Positions 20,025 to 29,348 of a stretch of 64,000 nucleotides of DNA are shown in pieces (the stretch's first letter is position 1; every line of letters starts with the position of its first letter). Source of the DNA: Thermodesulfobacteriota bacterium (GTDB lineage Bacteria; Desulfobacterota_D; UBA1144; Nemesobacterales; Nemesobacteraceae); contig OZ241855.1 of the NCBI GenBank assembly GCA_965202785.1, forward strand, positions 320,001-384,000. Reading direction: 5' to 3'. Position numbers and translations under genes: made by a program. The notes beneath the pieces were generated by a model, which saw nothing but the letters and a program-made list of their open reading frames with translations, made no database searches and had not been told where the DNA came from.

Positions 20025-20839
20025 AACTGGGCCACAGTCCCGACGCTGACGACGCGTTCATGTTCTACGCCATAGCAAGCGGAAAGGTGACTTCCGAACA
20101 GATACATTTCGAGCACGTAATTGAAGACATACAGTCACTCAATAAAAGAGCCATGAAAGGAGAGCTCGAAGTAACGGCAATCTCCGCCCATGGATACCTG
20201 AGCGTGCAGGATCGCTACCGGATTCTCTCCTGCGGGGCCAGCATGGGAAAAGGGTACGGCCCCATAGTGGTTGCCAAGAAGAAAATTTCTGACCTCAGGG
20301 GAAAAGCCGTCGCGGTACCTGGAAAGCTTACTACTGCATATCTTCTTCTGAGTCTCTATGCTGATGATTTCATCCCAGTTGAAGTGCCCTTTGACAAAAT
20401 CATGGACAAGGTGCTCGAAGAAGAGGTAGACGCTGGTCTTCTTATACATGAAGGACAGCTTACCTATGAAGAGACGGGGCTCGATCTTCTGTTCGATCTT
20501 GGAGCAATGTGGGCCGAGGAAACCGATCTTCCGATGCCGCTTGGACTTAACGTGCTTCGAAGAGACATACCCCGGGGGCTTGATGCCGAAGTTCTTCGAG
20601 TACACAAAGAAAGCATAGAGTACGCCCTCTCGAACAAAAAAGAGGCTCTTGATTACGCGATGCGCTTTGGAAGGGGGATGAGCGAGGATACGGGAGAGAA
20701 GTTCGTTTTAATGTACGTAAACGAGTGGACCAGGGACCTTGGCGAAAGTGGAACCGGGGCCCTTGAGTATCTTTTTGAAAAAGCCCGCGCAAAGGGGATC
20801 ATAGCCGAGAACCCAATGCTTGATATTCTCTGCAAGTAA
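20006..20839 (+). CDS. mqnD: 1,4-dihydroxy-6-naphthoate synthase
   Basis: HSPDADD.FMF, GYGP, PG..TTA, LLIHEG.LTY, MYVN. Confidence 0.92.
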   Translation: MERRIMKLGHSPDADDAFMFYAIASGKVTSEQIHFEHVIEDIQSLNKRAMKGELEVTAISAHGYLSVQDRYRILSCGASMGKGYGPIVVAKKKISDLRGKAVAVPGKLTTAYLLLSLYADDFIPVEVPFDKIMDKVLEEEVDAGLLIHEGQLTYEETGLDLLFDLGAMWAEETDLPMPLGLNVLRRDIPRGLDAEVLRVHKESIEYALSNKKEALDYAMRFGRGMSEDTGEKFVLMYVNEWTRDLGESGTGALEYLFEKARAKGIIAENPMLDILCK

Positions 20840-20869
20840 TTTTATTTCAACCTGCGGAGACACCACCCG

Positions 20870-21949
20870 TTATCCACCGTGACCCGTTTTCTCCGAGATC
20901 ACTTTTTCAACAAATCCGAGAAGAAACCCTATGAGACGACGAAACTCATCTTCCCGTCTCCATGGCATCCTGAACCTGTCGCTTATCTCAATCTGGATTG
21001 CGGGAACTGAAAACCGCTTCGCAGCGAACTTGGCCACGGTCATCTGCCTTGCGGCGGGGAATATATCGGCGCTCCCCGTCGTGATTCCATGTTCCTCGGC
21101 GACAAGATAAAACTTGTCAAGAACATCAAGTGCCGAAAGAAGAAATTCCCTCTCATCCCCCACGCCTGGAAACAGGTCTTCGGGCCTCTCGTTTCCGGTA
21201 CCGTGTATGTCCACAACTAGATCTATTTTCCTCTCGGACAGAACTCTCTCAAGCACGACCTTAAAATCGCAGTCGTCATAGTAATTTGGGTCTGTTCCCT
21301 GTTCCCTGTTCGCGTAAAGACAGTGGCAGCCGAGAACTAGATGCAACACGGCTCCCAGAGCGGCTGTGTAGAATTCATGACGCTTCAGCTTCCCCATTCT
21401 CGTGTGAGCGGTTGAGTGCGGACAGGTAACCAGAACCGGGACCGTGCCTTCAAGAAAAATGTTCTCCTCAGAGCGACCGTCGGGTTTCATCCTGTAATAC
21501 TGTTTTTGGATATTCTCAAAACTGATGGCAAAAGAGAAGGGATCCTCTCCACAGAGGGCCGGATCCGAGAACCAGTTGCCGCTTTTTATTATATCCCCAT
21601 CGCTAATCTGCCTTCTGAGCTCCGGGCCGGGTTCATATACATAAAAAGATTCTTCTTCCAGGCGGATAACGGACCTTGAAAAAAGCTTTTCATCCACGCC
21701 TTCGAGGCGGTCCACGCTCCCGATAAAGAGCTCGGAATCTGGGGGAAGCTCATAAAGCTCTCCCCTGACACCAAGCGGGGAACTCTCATCAAACACGGCC
21801 GCCGGATAACCAAAAGGCGTACGGTAAAGAATACCGGGAACTCTTATCATCCTAAGCAACCTGCATCGCTCAAGGTGCCCGCTTCTTATCCCGCCCTTTC
21901 GCAGGGTTCCATAGACAAAAAGCTTTTCGGGCTTCGATTCGGTCATCAC
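20870..21949 (-). CDS. Gamma-glutamylcyclotransferase domain fused to a Zn-amidohydrolase (N-formylglutamate amidohydrolase-like) domain
   Basis: N-terminal FVYGTL..G, YPA, V.GELY, D.LEG; C-terminal TCPHS, E.YT, DPN, DIHG, QIEI. Confidence 0.7.
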   Translation of the reverse strand: MMTESKPEKLFVYGTLRKGGIRSGHLERCRLLRMIRVPGILYRTPFGYPAAVFDESSPLGVRGELYELPPDSELFIGSVDRLEGVDEKLFSRSVIRLEEESFYVYEPGPELRRQISDGDIIKSGNWFSDPALCGEDPFSFAISFENIQKQYYRMKPDGRSEENIFLEGTVPVLVTCPHSTAHTRMGKLKRHEFYTAALGAVLHLVLGCHCLYANREQGTDPNYYDDCDFKVVLERVLSERKIDLVVDIHGTGNERPEDLFPGVGDEREFLLSALDVLDKFYLVAEEHGITTGSADIFPAARQMTVAKFAAKRFSVPAIQIEISDRFRMPWRREDEFRRLIGFLLGFVEKVISEKTGHGG

Positions 21950-21963
21950 AGATACAGAGAAAA

Positions 21964-23220
21964 CTAATGCTCACAAGGATCCCAAGGGTCCTTTTTGTAG
22001 ATTAAATTCCCTCCTACCATTGAGAACTGGAGATCCTCCGGTTTTGAAGACACTATGGAGGAATAAGAATCGGGGGCAATTCCCCCTTTGCAGCCAATGC
22101 ATATGATGTCGGCACTTTTTCCGACCTCAAGACTTCCTGTCTCCCCCTCGATAAAAAGAGCCTTTGCTCCACCTAGAGTCGCGAAATAGACCGCCAGACG
22201 GGCGCTTTGCCGTATTCCCTGCTCAACCATAATGTCATGCAAGAACCTGATCTCCCGAAAGAAATCAAGATCTGAGTTGCTTGAAAGTCCGTCGGTCCCA
22301 AGCCCTACCCTTTCATGATCAAGCATCTGGCTCAGGTTCGGTTTACCCACTCCGAGAAGAACATTGCTTCTTGGGCAGAGAACAATGCCGATATCGGCGT
22401 CTCGTATTATTTCCATGTCTTCATCCACCACTTGGACCATGTGAACAGCGGAGAGTTTTACGTCTTTTCCGCGAAGAAATTCGTTTATGTAGCGTGTCGG
22501 AGTATCGGCCCGTGGCCTTTCGAAGGTTTCCTTTTTTATGAGCGGGAAGATTTTCCGTTCAAATTCATTGGGAAAGTTCTTCAGAAAATCGACTTCATCG
22601 GGGCTCTCGCCCAGGTGAATTCCCGTCGCAACCGCGTTTTTGCGCGCGCAGGAAAAGACCTCCTCCAGAAGCTCCGGCCCACAGGAATAAGGCGCATGCG
22701 GGAAAGGTCTTTCCTCGTAGAGGTCTTCGCTTTGGAATTCAAGCGAGGAAAGTCTTGGTGAAATGCGGTCAAAAAGTTCGAGAAACGCGATAATTCTCAT
22801 CCCCGAGCTTCTAAGCATCTCCCTCCCGCCGAAATCCAAGGAAGATATTTCCCCTACCGTAGTGACTCCACTTCCGATGACGTCTCGAATCCCCACCCTC
22901 ATTGAATCCTCAACAAAATCTTGATCAACCCCGTCGGCCTTAAGAGTGATCAACCGCTCAAGCCATCCGGTAAAATCTTCGAAACCCCTGATCTTCCCTT
23001 TTGTCCAACTGAGCTCAAGATGGGTGTGGGCGTTTACGAACCCGGGGAGTATTATCGAGTTCGGCTTTCTTATTTTCCGTAAGCTGGGATAGTCAGTCTC
23101 GATTCTATCTGATGTTCCGATGTCAACGATACGCCCCCCGTCCACGACGACGGCTCCATTGCGAATCGGCTCTGAGCTTATCGGAATCACCACATCCGCC
23201 TTTATAAGCAGTTTTTCCAT
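21964..23220 (-). CDS. Amidohydrolase, probable aminodeoxyfutalosine deaminase
   Basis: NAHTHLELS, PHAPYS, HLGES..E, GTDGLSSN; close to mqnA/mqnD. Confidence 0.7.
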   Translation of the reverse strand: MEKLLIKADVVIPISSEPIRNGAVVVDGGRIVDIGTSDRIETDYPSLRKIRKPNSIILPGFVNAHTHLELSWTKGKIRGFEDFTGWLERLITLKADGVDQDFVEDSMRVGIRDVIGSGVTTVGEISSLDFGGREMLRSSGMRIIAFLELFDRISPRLSSLEFQSEDLYEERPFPHAPYSCGPELLEEVFSCARKNAVATGIHLGESPDEVDFLKNFPNEFERKIFPLIKKETFERPRADTPTRYINEFLRGKDVKLSAVHMVQVVDEDMEIIRDADIGIVLCPRSNVLLGVGKPNLSQMLDHERVGLGTDGLSSNSDLDFFREIRFLHDIMVEQGIRQSARLAVYFATLGGAKALFIEGETGSLEVGKSADIICIGCKGGIAPDSYSSIVSSKPEDLQFSMVGGNLIYKKDPWDPCEH

Positions 23221-23240
23221 CAAAAAACGAATCGGTCGCT

Positions 23241-24119
23241 CTATAAGTTTATATTGGAAGGATTTCTTAGTTTGTAAAGAAGATCGTCGCTTAACATTCC
23301 CGAAAAGACTTCTTCCACCTCGCCGCGCATAGTGATCGCCCAACCTTCATCGACTGTTATGTCCAGATGCCCGCCAGGCATCAGCACCCTGAGCTTCCGA
23401 TCCGTAAGACCGGACTTAACACACGCGGCGGCGACCGCGCAGGAGCTGCTGCCCGAGGCAAGAGTGTAGCCGGCCCCTCTCTCCCAGATCAAAATACGAA
23501 CGCTATCGCGCGAGATCACCTGGGCGAACTGGACATTAGTTCTGTTCGGAAAGACGGGGTGGTTTTCTATCTCGGGTCCGAGTTTCCTTATAAGATCTTC
23601 TCTTAGCTCTTCGAAGAAAATAACGCAGTGGGGGTTCCCCACCGAAACGGCAGTAAAATCAAACTCCGCCGCGCCGAGAGCCAGACGCTGCGCCACCGCC
23701 TCTTTCTCTTCTATATCTACCGGTATCTCGTCCGCCCTGAAAGTTGCCGTGCCCATTTCCACCGTGACGTGGTGAACCTTTCCGTCTTTCTCCTCAACTT
23801 CGGCAGTAACAAGACCACCGGGAGTATCTATGGAAAAAGTCCTGCTCGAGGCGTTTTTTCTCTCGTAGAGGTACTTGGCGAAAATCCTGAGCCCGTTTCC
23901 GCTTTTTTCCGCCTCGCTTCCGTCAGGATTGAGAATTCTGAGCCCAAAATCCCCCCTTACAGGGGGAACCAGAAGCAGTATGCCGTCAGAACCTATACCG
24001 TAATTTCTGTGGCATATGAGTTCTATAGCGGATTTGCCGAGATCAAAATCTATTTCGGCGCTGTCTAAGACGATATAGTCATTTCCCAAGCCGTGTGATT
24101 TTACGAAACGATTCATCAC
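23241..24119 (-). CDS. dapF: Diaminopimelate epimerase
   Basis: GLGNDY, GIGSDG, N.DGSEAE.SGNG.R, GNPH, ERGAG.TLA; Ser at both usual catalytic Cys positions. Confidence 0.85.
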   Translation of the reverse strand: MMNRFVKSHGLGNDYIVLDSAEIDFDLGKSAIELICHRNYGIGSDGILLLVPPVRGDFGLRILNPDGSEAEKSGNGLRIFAKYLYERKNASSRTFSIDTPGGLVTAEVEEKDGKVHHVTVEMGTATFRADEIPVDIEEKEAVAQRLALGAAEFDFTAVSVGNPHCVIFFEELREDLIRKLGPEIENHPVFPNRTNVQFAQVISRDSVRILIWERGAGYTLASGSSSCAVAAACVKSGLTDRKLRVLMPGGHLDITVDEGWAITMRGEVEEVFSGMLSDDLLYKLRNPSNINL

Positions 24120-24158
24120 GTCGTTTTCAGTTTTGGGAAAATATTCCGTAAGGAGATG

Positions 24159-24362
24159 TTAGTCCTCCAGAATGAAGGTGATCCTGACGTGGGAGCGGTA
24201 CTCGGTAATCTTCCCGTCCTCTATGTGGGCGTTCATTTTCGTTACCTCGATTCCGGTAAGACCCCTTATCGTCTTGTTCGCCCTGTCAAGAGCCTCTTGC
24301 ACAGCGTCATCCCATGATTTCTCGGATGATCCTATAACCTCTGTTACTCTAGCTACAGCCAT
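24159..24362 (-). CDS. Dodecin family flavin-binding protein
   Basis: EVIGSS..SWDDA...A...A.KT.R, EY...V.I.F; 67 aa. Confidence 0.9.
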   Translation of the reverse strand: MAVARVTEVIGSSEKSWDDAVQEALDRANKTIRGLTGIEVTKMNAHIEDGKITEYRSHVRITFILED

Positions 24363-24446
24363 GGTAATCCTCCTTAAAACAGTTTTTTGCCGTAATTCGG
24401 GGCCTATATTATAACGCTATTTCCAAATCTTTGTAAACCGTCCGCA

Positions 24447-25250
24447 TCACTCAAATCTGTGCTGTCCCGGGAAAATATATCCCACAACGAAGGTCGCCAC
24501 CACGATGCAGAATCCGATCACGGCTCCGAGCGCCGCCCTTCTGCCCCTCCATCCGAGGGAAAGTCGTCCGTTTATCAAAAAAGCGTAAAGAAGCCACGTA
24601 ACGGTAGACCACGTTTCCTTGGCTCCCCACGTCCATCCCTCGCTCCATATTTCTTTTGCAAGCACGAAACCGATCACGAGACTCACGGTGAGAAGCGGGA
24701 ACCCGAGCAGGAGACTCAGGTGGTTTATCTTGTCGAGCGTTATCAGGGAAGGGAGTTTTTTCAGGTTGCTTCCGATTCTTTTCGATTTCAATTGGTTTTC
24801 CTGGAATATGTAGATCGCGCCCGCGAGACAGGATATCGCGAAAAACGCCTCTCCAAGGAAAATGGACAGTATGTGTGCCAGCACCCATGGGTTTTCAAGC
24901 GTCGGGTCCTGGGTAATCATCCCATCCGGAATGATCACGTAGGGCAAAGTTCCGAGAAAAGCCACGGGGAGCACGAACGCACCGAGCACGGGGGTCCTGA
25001 ACCTTAATTGCGAAACTAAAAAGACAAGCGTTATAAGCCACGAGAAAATAAAAAGGGGCCTTGAAGTGCTTCCGGCCAGTACGTCGCCACGCATGAGGAA
25101 AACAACGAGCAGCGCGGTATGAGTAAGCACTCCCGCAACAGCGAAATAAATGCCCGCCCGGGAGATTTTTCTTTTCTGCGACCAGAGGTAAGTGCCGTAA
25201 AGAAGGGAAGAAAGCAAGTAAAGGGCGGAAATCAGATAGATAGCATTCAT
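24447..25250 (-). CDS. ccsA: Cytochrome c biogenesis CcsA-family membrane protein
   Basis: About 8 TM helices; W...H, LPSL..LD, W.W..KE.W motif. Confidence 0.8.
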   Translation of the reverse strand: MNAIYLISALYLLSSLLYGTYLWSQKRKISRAGIYFAVAGVLTHTALLVVFLMRGDVLAGSTSRPLFIFSWLITLVFLVSQLRFRTPVLGAFVLPVAFLGTLPYVIIPDGMITQDPTLENPWVLAHILSIFLGEAFFAISCLAGAIYIFQENQLKSKRIGSNLKKLPSLITLDKINHLSLLLGFPLLTVSLVIGFVLAKEIWSEGWTWGAKETWSTVTWLLYAFLINGRLSLGWRGRRAALGAVIGFCIVVATFVVGYIFPGQHRFE

Positions 25251-25301
25251 TGAAAGTATATTCTATTGCTTGGCCCGGCAAATACAAATCGGGAAAAGTC
25301 C

Positions 25302-26390
25302 TCAGCCCTCTGACAGATTTTTAAGGCTTTCGGCTTGAAAATGAGCTGCGAGAGGCTCCAGTAGAGGATCAAGTTCTCCTCCCAGCACAGCCTCTATTTT
25401 ATGGAGAGTGAGACCTATTCTGTGGTCGGTTATTCTCCCCTGAGGGAAGTTGTAGGTTCTTATTTTTTCGCTTCTGTCTCCGCTTCCAACCTGGGTTTTT
25501 CTGGTGCGCGAGATCTCGCTTGCGCGCTTTAGCTCCTCAATCTCGTAAAGCTTCGCACGCAGCATGCTCATCGCATGAACCCTGTTTTTCTGCTGCGAGC
25601 GATCGTCCTGACACTGCACGACGATTCCCGTTGGAAGATGGGTTATCCTTATTGCGGAATCGGTCTTGTTGACGTGCTGGCCCCCGGGCCCCGAAGACCT
25701 GAAAGTATCTACCTTGAGTTCCTTCTCGTCCACTTCCACGTCAACATCGTCGGCCTCCGGAAGCACGGCGACTGTCGCCGTTGACGTATGTATTCTCCCG
25801 CCGGCCTCTGTCGAGGGTATTCGCTGAACCCTGTGAACCCCGCTTTCATACCTGAGCTTGCCGTAAACCTCCCGTCCTTCGATCTTTACCACAAGTTCCT
25901 TTATTCCACCAATCCCGGTTTCGTTCAGGGTTATGGTTTCTACCTTCCAGCGGTGGTTCTCGCAGTACCTCGAGTACATTCTTAGGAGATCGGCCGCGAA
26001 AAGAGCCGCCTCCTCCCCTCCGGCTCCGGCCCTTATCTCAAGGAACACGTTTTTCCCGAGATTCGGATCTTTGGGCAAAAGAAGCTTTCTGAGTTTCGCT
26101 TCGAGCTCGCTTTTCTCCTTGGAAAGCTCTTCGAGCTCTTCACGGGCAAGAGGCGCAAGCTCTGTGTCATCAAGCAATTTGCGGTTCTCCTCAGCAGTCT
26201 CCGCGACTTCCTTTAGCCGCGCGTAGACAGATACCACGTCCTCAAGCTCCGCACGCTCCTTTGAACACTTGATTCTCTGCTGAGCGGAAATGTCAGGATC
26301 GCCGAGCGCCCTCTCAAGCTCAACAAACCTCCGCTCAATCTGCTCAAGTTTCTCAAACAGCTTCTCATCTTCAACAGGACTTGTCTGCAT
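25302..26390 (-). CDS. prfA: Peptide chain release factor 1
   Basis: EIRAGAGGEEA, RVQRIPST (PxT), GGQ, RTYNFPQGR. Confidence 0.96.
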   Translation of the reverse strand: MQTSPVEDEKLFEKLEQIERRFVELERALGDPDISAQQRIKCSKERAELEDVVSVYARLKEVAETAEENRKLLDDTELAPLAREELEELSKEKSELEAKLRKLLLPKDPNLGKNVFLEIRAGAGGEEAALFAADLLRMYSRYCENHRWKVETITLNETGIGGIKELVVKIEGREVYGKLRYESGVHRVQRIPSTEAGGRIHTSTATVAVLPEADDVDVEVDEKELKVDTFRSSGPGGQHVNKTDSAIRITHLPTGIVVQCQDDRSQQKNRVHAMSMLRAKLYEIEELKRASEISRTRKTQVGSGDRSEKIRTYNFPQGRITDHRIGLTLHKIEAVLGGELDPLLEPLAAHFQAESLKNLSEG

Positions 26391-26511
26391 GGCAGAAATT
26401 ATAGACAAAAAGTCCCAAAAACGTAAAAAAATCTCCTTGCGGCCCTAGTAAATACGCTTGAGGCGCGATTCTTGTAATAATGTCACCATAGTGATACAAT
26501 TTAGTTTAATT

Positions 26512-26721
26512 ATGGAATCATTGGAGATTCTTGAGAGAAAAATCAGAGAGTTTGTAGACAAAAACGCCAGGACTGCTGAAGAACACAACAAATTGCTTGA
26601 AGAAATTAAGGTGCTCAGAGAGAATGTCGCTTCGCTTGAAGCCGAAAAGGAGCGCCTCGGAACACGCGTCGACAACATGATAAGGGTAATTGAGCAGCAC
26701 CTTGGCGAAGAATCGGTATGA
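26512..26721 (+). CDS. ZapB-like coiled-coil protein
   Basis: 69-aa coiled coil (LE.LE.KI...) overlapping the zapA start (ATGA). Confidence 0.7.
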   Translation: MESLEILERKIREFVDKNARTAEEHNKLLEEIKVLRENVASLEAEKERLGTRVDNMIRVIEQHLGEESV

Positions 26722-27065
26722 AAGACAGGATAAAAGTAGTTTTCTTTGGCAAGGAATATTCAGTCCTTACAGATGCTGAAAAGAGTTACCTTATGAAAAT
26801 TGTAGAGTACCTTGAACAAAGAATTATCAAGGCAGCTGAAGACAACGCATCTATAACTGTCCCAACTCCCGTTTTTCTGGCTTCTCTTGAGATCGTCGAT
26901 GATTTCTTCGCATTGCAGAGGGAATTTGATGAGTTCAAGAGAACCGCGGAAAGAAAAACAGAAAAACTGGTCGGACTGCTCGAATCACCCGGAAGCCAAA
27001 AAGGACCCGTCCTTATTGAAGAAAGCCCCGAAGACCCTTTCAGATCAAGAGGAAACAGCTTCTGA
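26718..27065 (+). CDS. zapA: Cell division protein ZapA (C-terminal extension)
   Basis: V..FGKEY.V, L.I.DD.F then coiled coil; zapB-zapA-ygfA-rny synteny. Confidence 0.8.
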   Translation: MKDRIKVVFFGKEYSVLTDAEKSYLMKIVEYLEQRIIKAAEDNASITVPTPVFLASLEIVDDFFALQREFDEFKRTAERKTEKLVGLLESPGSQKGPVLIEESPEDPFRSRGNSF

Positions 27066-27122
27066 GACCCGCTCCGGTTCCACATACGTAAACGGTTCCC
27101 GGGAAACCAGCCCGCAGGGTCC
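26973..27122 (+). ncRNA. Candidate or relic 6S RNA overlapping the zapA 3' end and ygfA 5' end
   Basis: Canonical ssrS position; long-range pairing GGACUGC/GCAG.GUCC and CCCGGAAGCC/GGUUCCCGGG; 3' CCAC...GGUUC...GCAGGG resembles 6S ends (by eye). Confidence 0.35.
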
Positions 27123-27702
27123 CGTCCCTGAGGAAAAAAACAGGCTGAGAAGAGACCTTCTCGAAAAAAGAAGGAATCTTCCCCAATCTCTGCGCCGGGA
27201 AAAATCCGCCCTGATTCTCAGGGTTCTTCTCTCCGAGAAGCTTTTCTCCGATGCATCCAGCGTCGCTCTTTATTTCCCCGTAAACGGCGAAGTCGACACA
27301 CGCGAAATATTCAAAAAATGCGTTGATCTTGAAAAAAAGGTTTTCTTCCCGAAAACCCTAGGCTCCGGTCTTGTTTTCCTGAGAACGAGAAATATTGAGG
27401 AACTAACCCCAGGGGCCTTCGCCATCCCGGAACCCCCGGCGGAAGCCGAACGCGCCTGCGGCGACGAGCTTGACCTGGTACTGGTACCTGGAGTGGCTTT
27501 TGATTTCTCCGGAAACAGGGTCGGTTATGGAAAAGGTTTTTACGACAGGTTTTTAAAAGATATACCCAGACAGATACGCTTCGGACTGGCCTACCGGTTC
27601 CAAGTGCTGGAAAGCGTCCCTTCGGATGAAACCGACGTTAAGACGGGTCGCATAATCACAGAAGACGGAGCTATTGACTGTCTGGCAAAACAAGGAGACT
27701 GA
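27016..27702 (+). CDS. ygfA: 5-formyltetrahydrofolate cyclo-ligase (start uncertain)
   Basis: K..LR, EVDT, I.EP, LVPG.AFD..G.R.GYG.GFYDR; nearest start is TTG at 27016 after AAGGA. Confidence 0.9.
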   Translation: MKKAPKTLSDQEETASETRSGSTYVNGSRETSPQGPVPEEKNRLRRDLLEKRRNLPQSLRREKSALILRVLLSEKLFSDASSVALYFPVNGEVDTREIFKKCVDLEKKVFFPKTLGSGLVFLRTRNIEELTPGAFAIPEPPAEAERACGDELDLVLVPGVAFDFSGNRVGYGKGFYDRFLKDIPRQIRFGLAYRFQVLESVPSDETDVKTGRIITEDGAIDCLAKQGD

Positions 27703-27703
27703 A

Positions 27704-29260
27704 ATGCAAGCACAATCAATACTGCTGTTTTTGGTACTCTTCGGACTTGGATTCGCTGCCCATCTGATTTACAAGATGATCATGGAGAAAAACGGAATCA
27801 GCAAAAGCCAAAAACAGGCACAGAGCATAATCCAAAAAGCGGAAAAACAGGCAGAAGAGATAAAAAACAGGGCGGAGAACAGAGCGAAAAAACTCGTTAA
27901 GGACAAAAACTCTCAGATGCAGAGAATGTCAAGCGAAAAGCGCAAGGAATTTTCCGCTACGGAAAAAAAGCTAAAAGGAAGGGAAGAGAAACTTGGCAAA
28001 GAATATAGCGAAATTGACAGAAAGAAGACGGAAATTGAGAAAGTGCAGGCGGAACTAGAGAGCAAAGACCTGGCTCTTGAGGAGAAGCAGAGAACTCTTG
28101 ATGAGAACATTGAAGAGATAAAGGAAAAAATAGAAGAGGTGTCAGGTCTTACCCGCGAGGGAGCGAAAGCCGAACTCGTAAGACTGGTTGAGGACGAGGC
28201 AAGACACGAGGCGGCGAAAAGACTCAAGCAGATAGAAGAAGAATGCAGTTCCTCGGCCGAGCGGAAGGCAAAGGACATAATATCCCTTGCCATCCAGAGA
28301 TACTCCGGAAGCTACACGAGCGAGAAAACGGTGTCGGTCGTCAATCTTCCAAGCGACGACGTAAAGGGAAGAATTATCGGGCGCGAAGGACGGAACATCC
28401 GCTCCATAGAGCTTCGTACCGGGGTGGACATCATTATCGACGACACGCCCGAGACGGTCGTGATTTCGTGCTTTAATCCCATAAGGCGGGAAGTGGCGAA
28501 AATTTCGCTTGAGCGGCTGATAGCGGACGGGAGAATTCACCCCGCAAGAATCGAGGAAGTGGTGACCGAGGTTGAAAAGGAAATAGAAAGGGAGATACAG
28601 AAAGAGGGGGAACAGGCGCTTTTTGATCTCGGCATAAGCGGCATGCATCCGGAACTTATAAACAAGCTTGGGATGCTTAAATACAGAACGAGCTACTCGC
28701 AGAACATACTCAATCACTCGATTGAAGTAGGGTTCATCTGCGGAATGCTCGCTTCTGAAATCGGTTACAACGAGAAACTCGCCAAAAGAGCCGGACTGCT
28801 CCACGACATAGGAAAAGCGGTCGATCACGAGGTTGAAGGTTCCCATGTGGACATAGGAACGAACATCGTCAAAAAATACGGCGAACCCCCTGAAATTGTT
28901 GACACACTTGAAAAAACCCACGATCCCCAACCCCAGGGAATCCTGCCGCTTCTCGTACAGGCAGCTGACGCCATCTCGGCCGCCCGCCCAGGCGCCAGAA
29001 GGGAAACGTATGAGAACTACGTAAAAAGAATCGAGAGCATAGAAGGCGTGGCGAGTTCTTTCCCGGGCGTCGAGAGATGTTACGCGATTCAGGCGGGAAG
29101 AGAGGTAAGGGTGATAGTGGAAAGCGACCAGGTAAGCGACGAGGAGGGAGCTATCCTTTCGCATGAGATAGCCAAGAAGATAGAAAAAGAGGTCGTTTAT
29201 CCGGGACAGATAAAAATTATGGTCATAAGGGAAAGCAGGGCAACAGCATATGCCTCATAG
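27704..29260 (+). CDS. rny: Ribonuclease Y
   Basis: N-terminal TM, coiled coil, KH domain GRIIGREGRNI, HD domain LLHDIGKA, AIQAGRE. Confidence 0.96.
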   Translation: MQAQSILLFLVLFGLGFAAHLIYKMIMEKNGISKSQKQAQSIIQKAEKQAEEIKNRAENRAKKLVKDKNSQMQRMSSEKRKEFSATEKKLKGREEKLGKEYSEIDRKKTEIEKVQAELESKDLALEEKQRTLDENIEEIKEKIEEVSGLTREGAKAELVRLVEDEARHEAAKRLKQIEEECSSSAERKAKDIISLAIQRYSGSYTSEKTVSVVNLPSDDVKGRIIGREGRNIRSIELRTGVDIIIDDTPETVVISCFNPIRREVAKISLERLIADGRIHPARIEEVVTEVEKEIEREIQKEGEQALFDLGISGMHPELINKLGMLKYRTSYSQNILNHSIEVGFICGMLASEIGYNEKLAKRAGLLHDIGKAVDHEVEGSHVDIGTNIVKKYGEPPEIVDTLEKTHDPQPQGILPLLVQAADAISAARPGARRETYENYVKRIESIEGVASSFPGVERCYAIQAGREVRVIVESDQVSDEEGAILSHEIAKKIEKEVVYPGQIKIMVIRESRATAYAS

Positions 29261-29348
29261 CAAACACGCCAAACGCGGGATCTTTGTGGTATATTACACC
29301 GGCACTTAAAAACAGACCGCAAAGCGGGAACCGTTGAAGGAGGAAGAA

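Noticed and set aside
13205-29260. RNase G and RNase Y in the same genome
   Set aside because: Known co-occurrence in deltaproteobacteria-like lineages and Firmicutes
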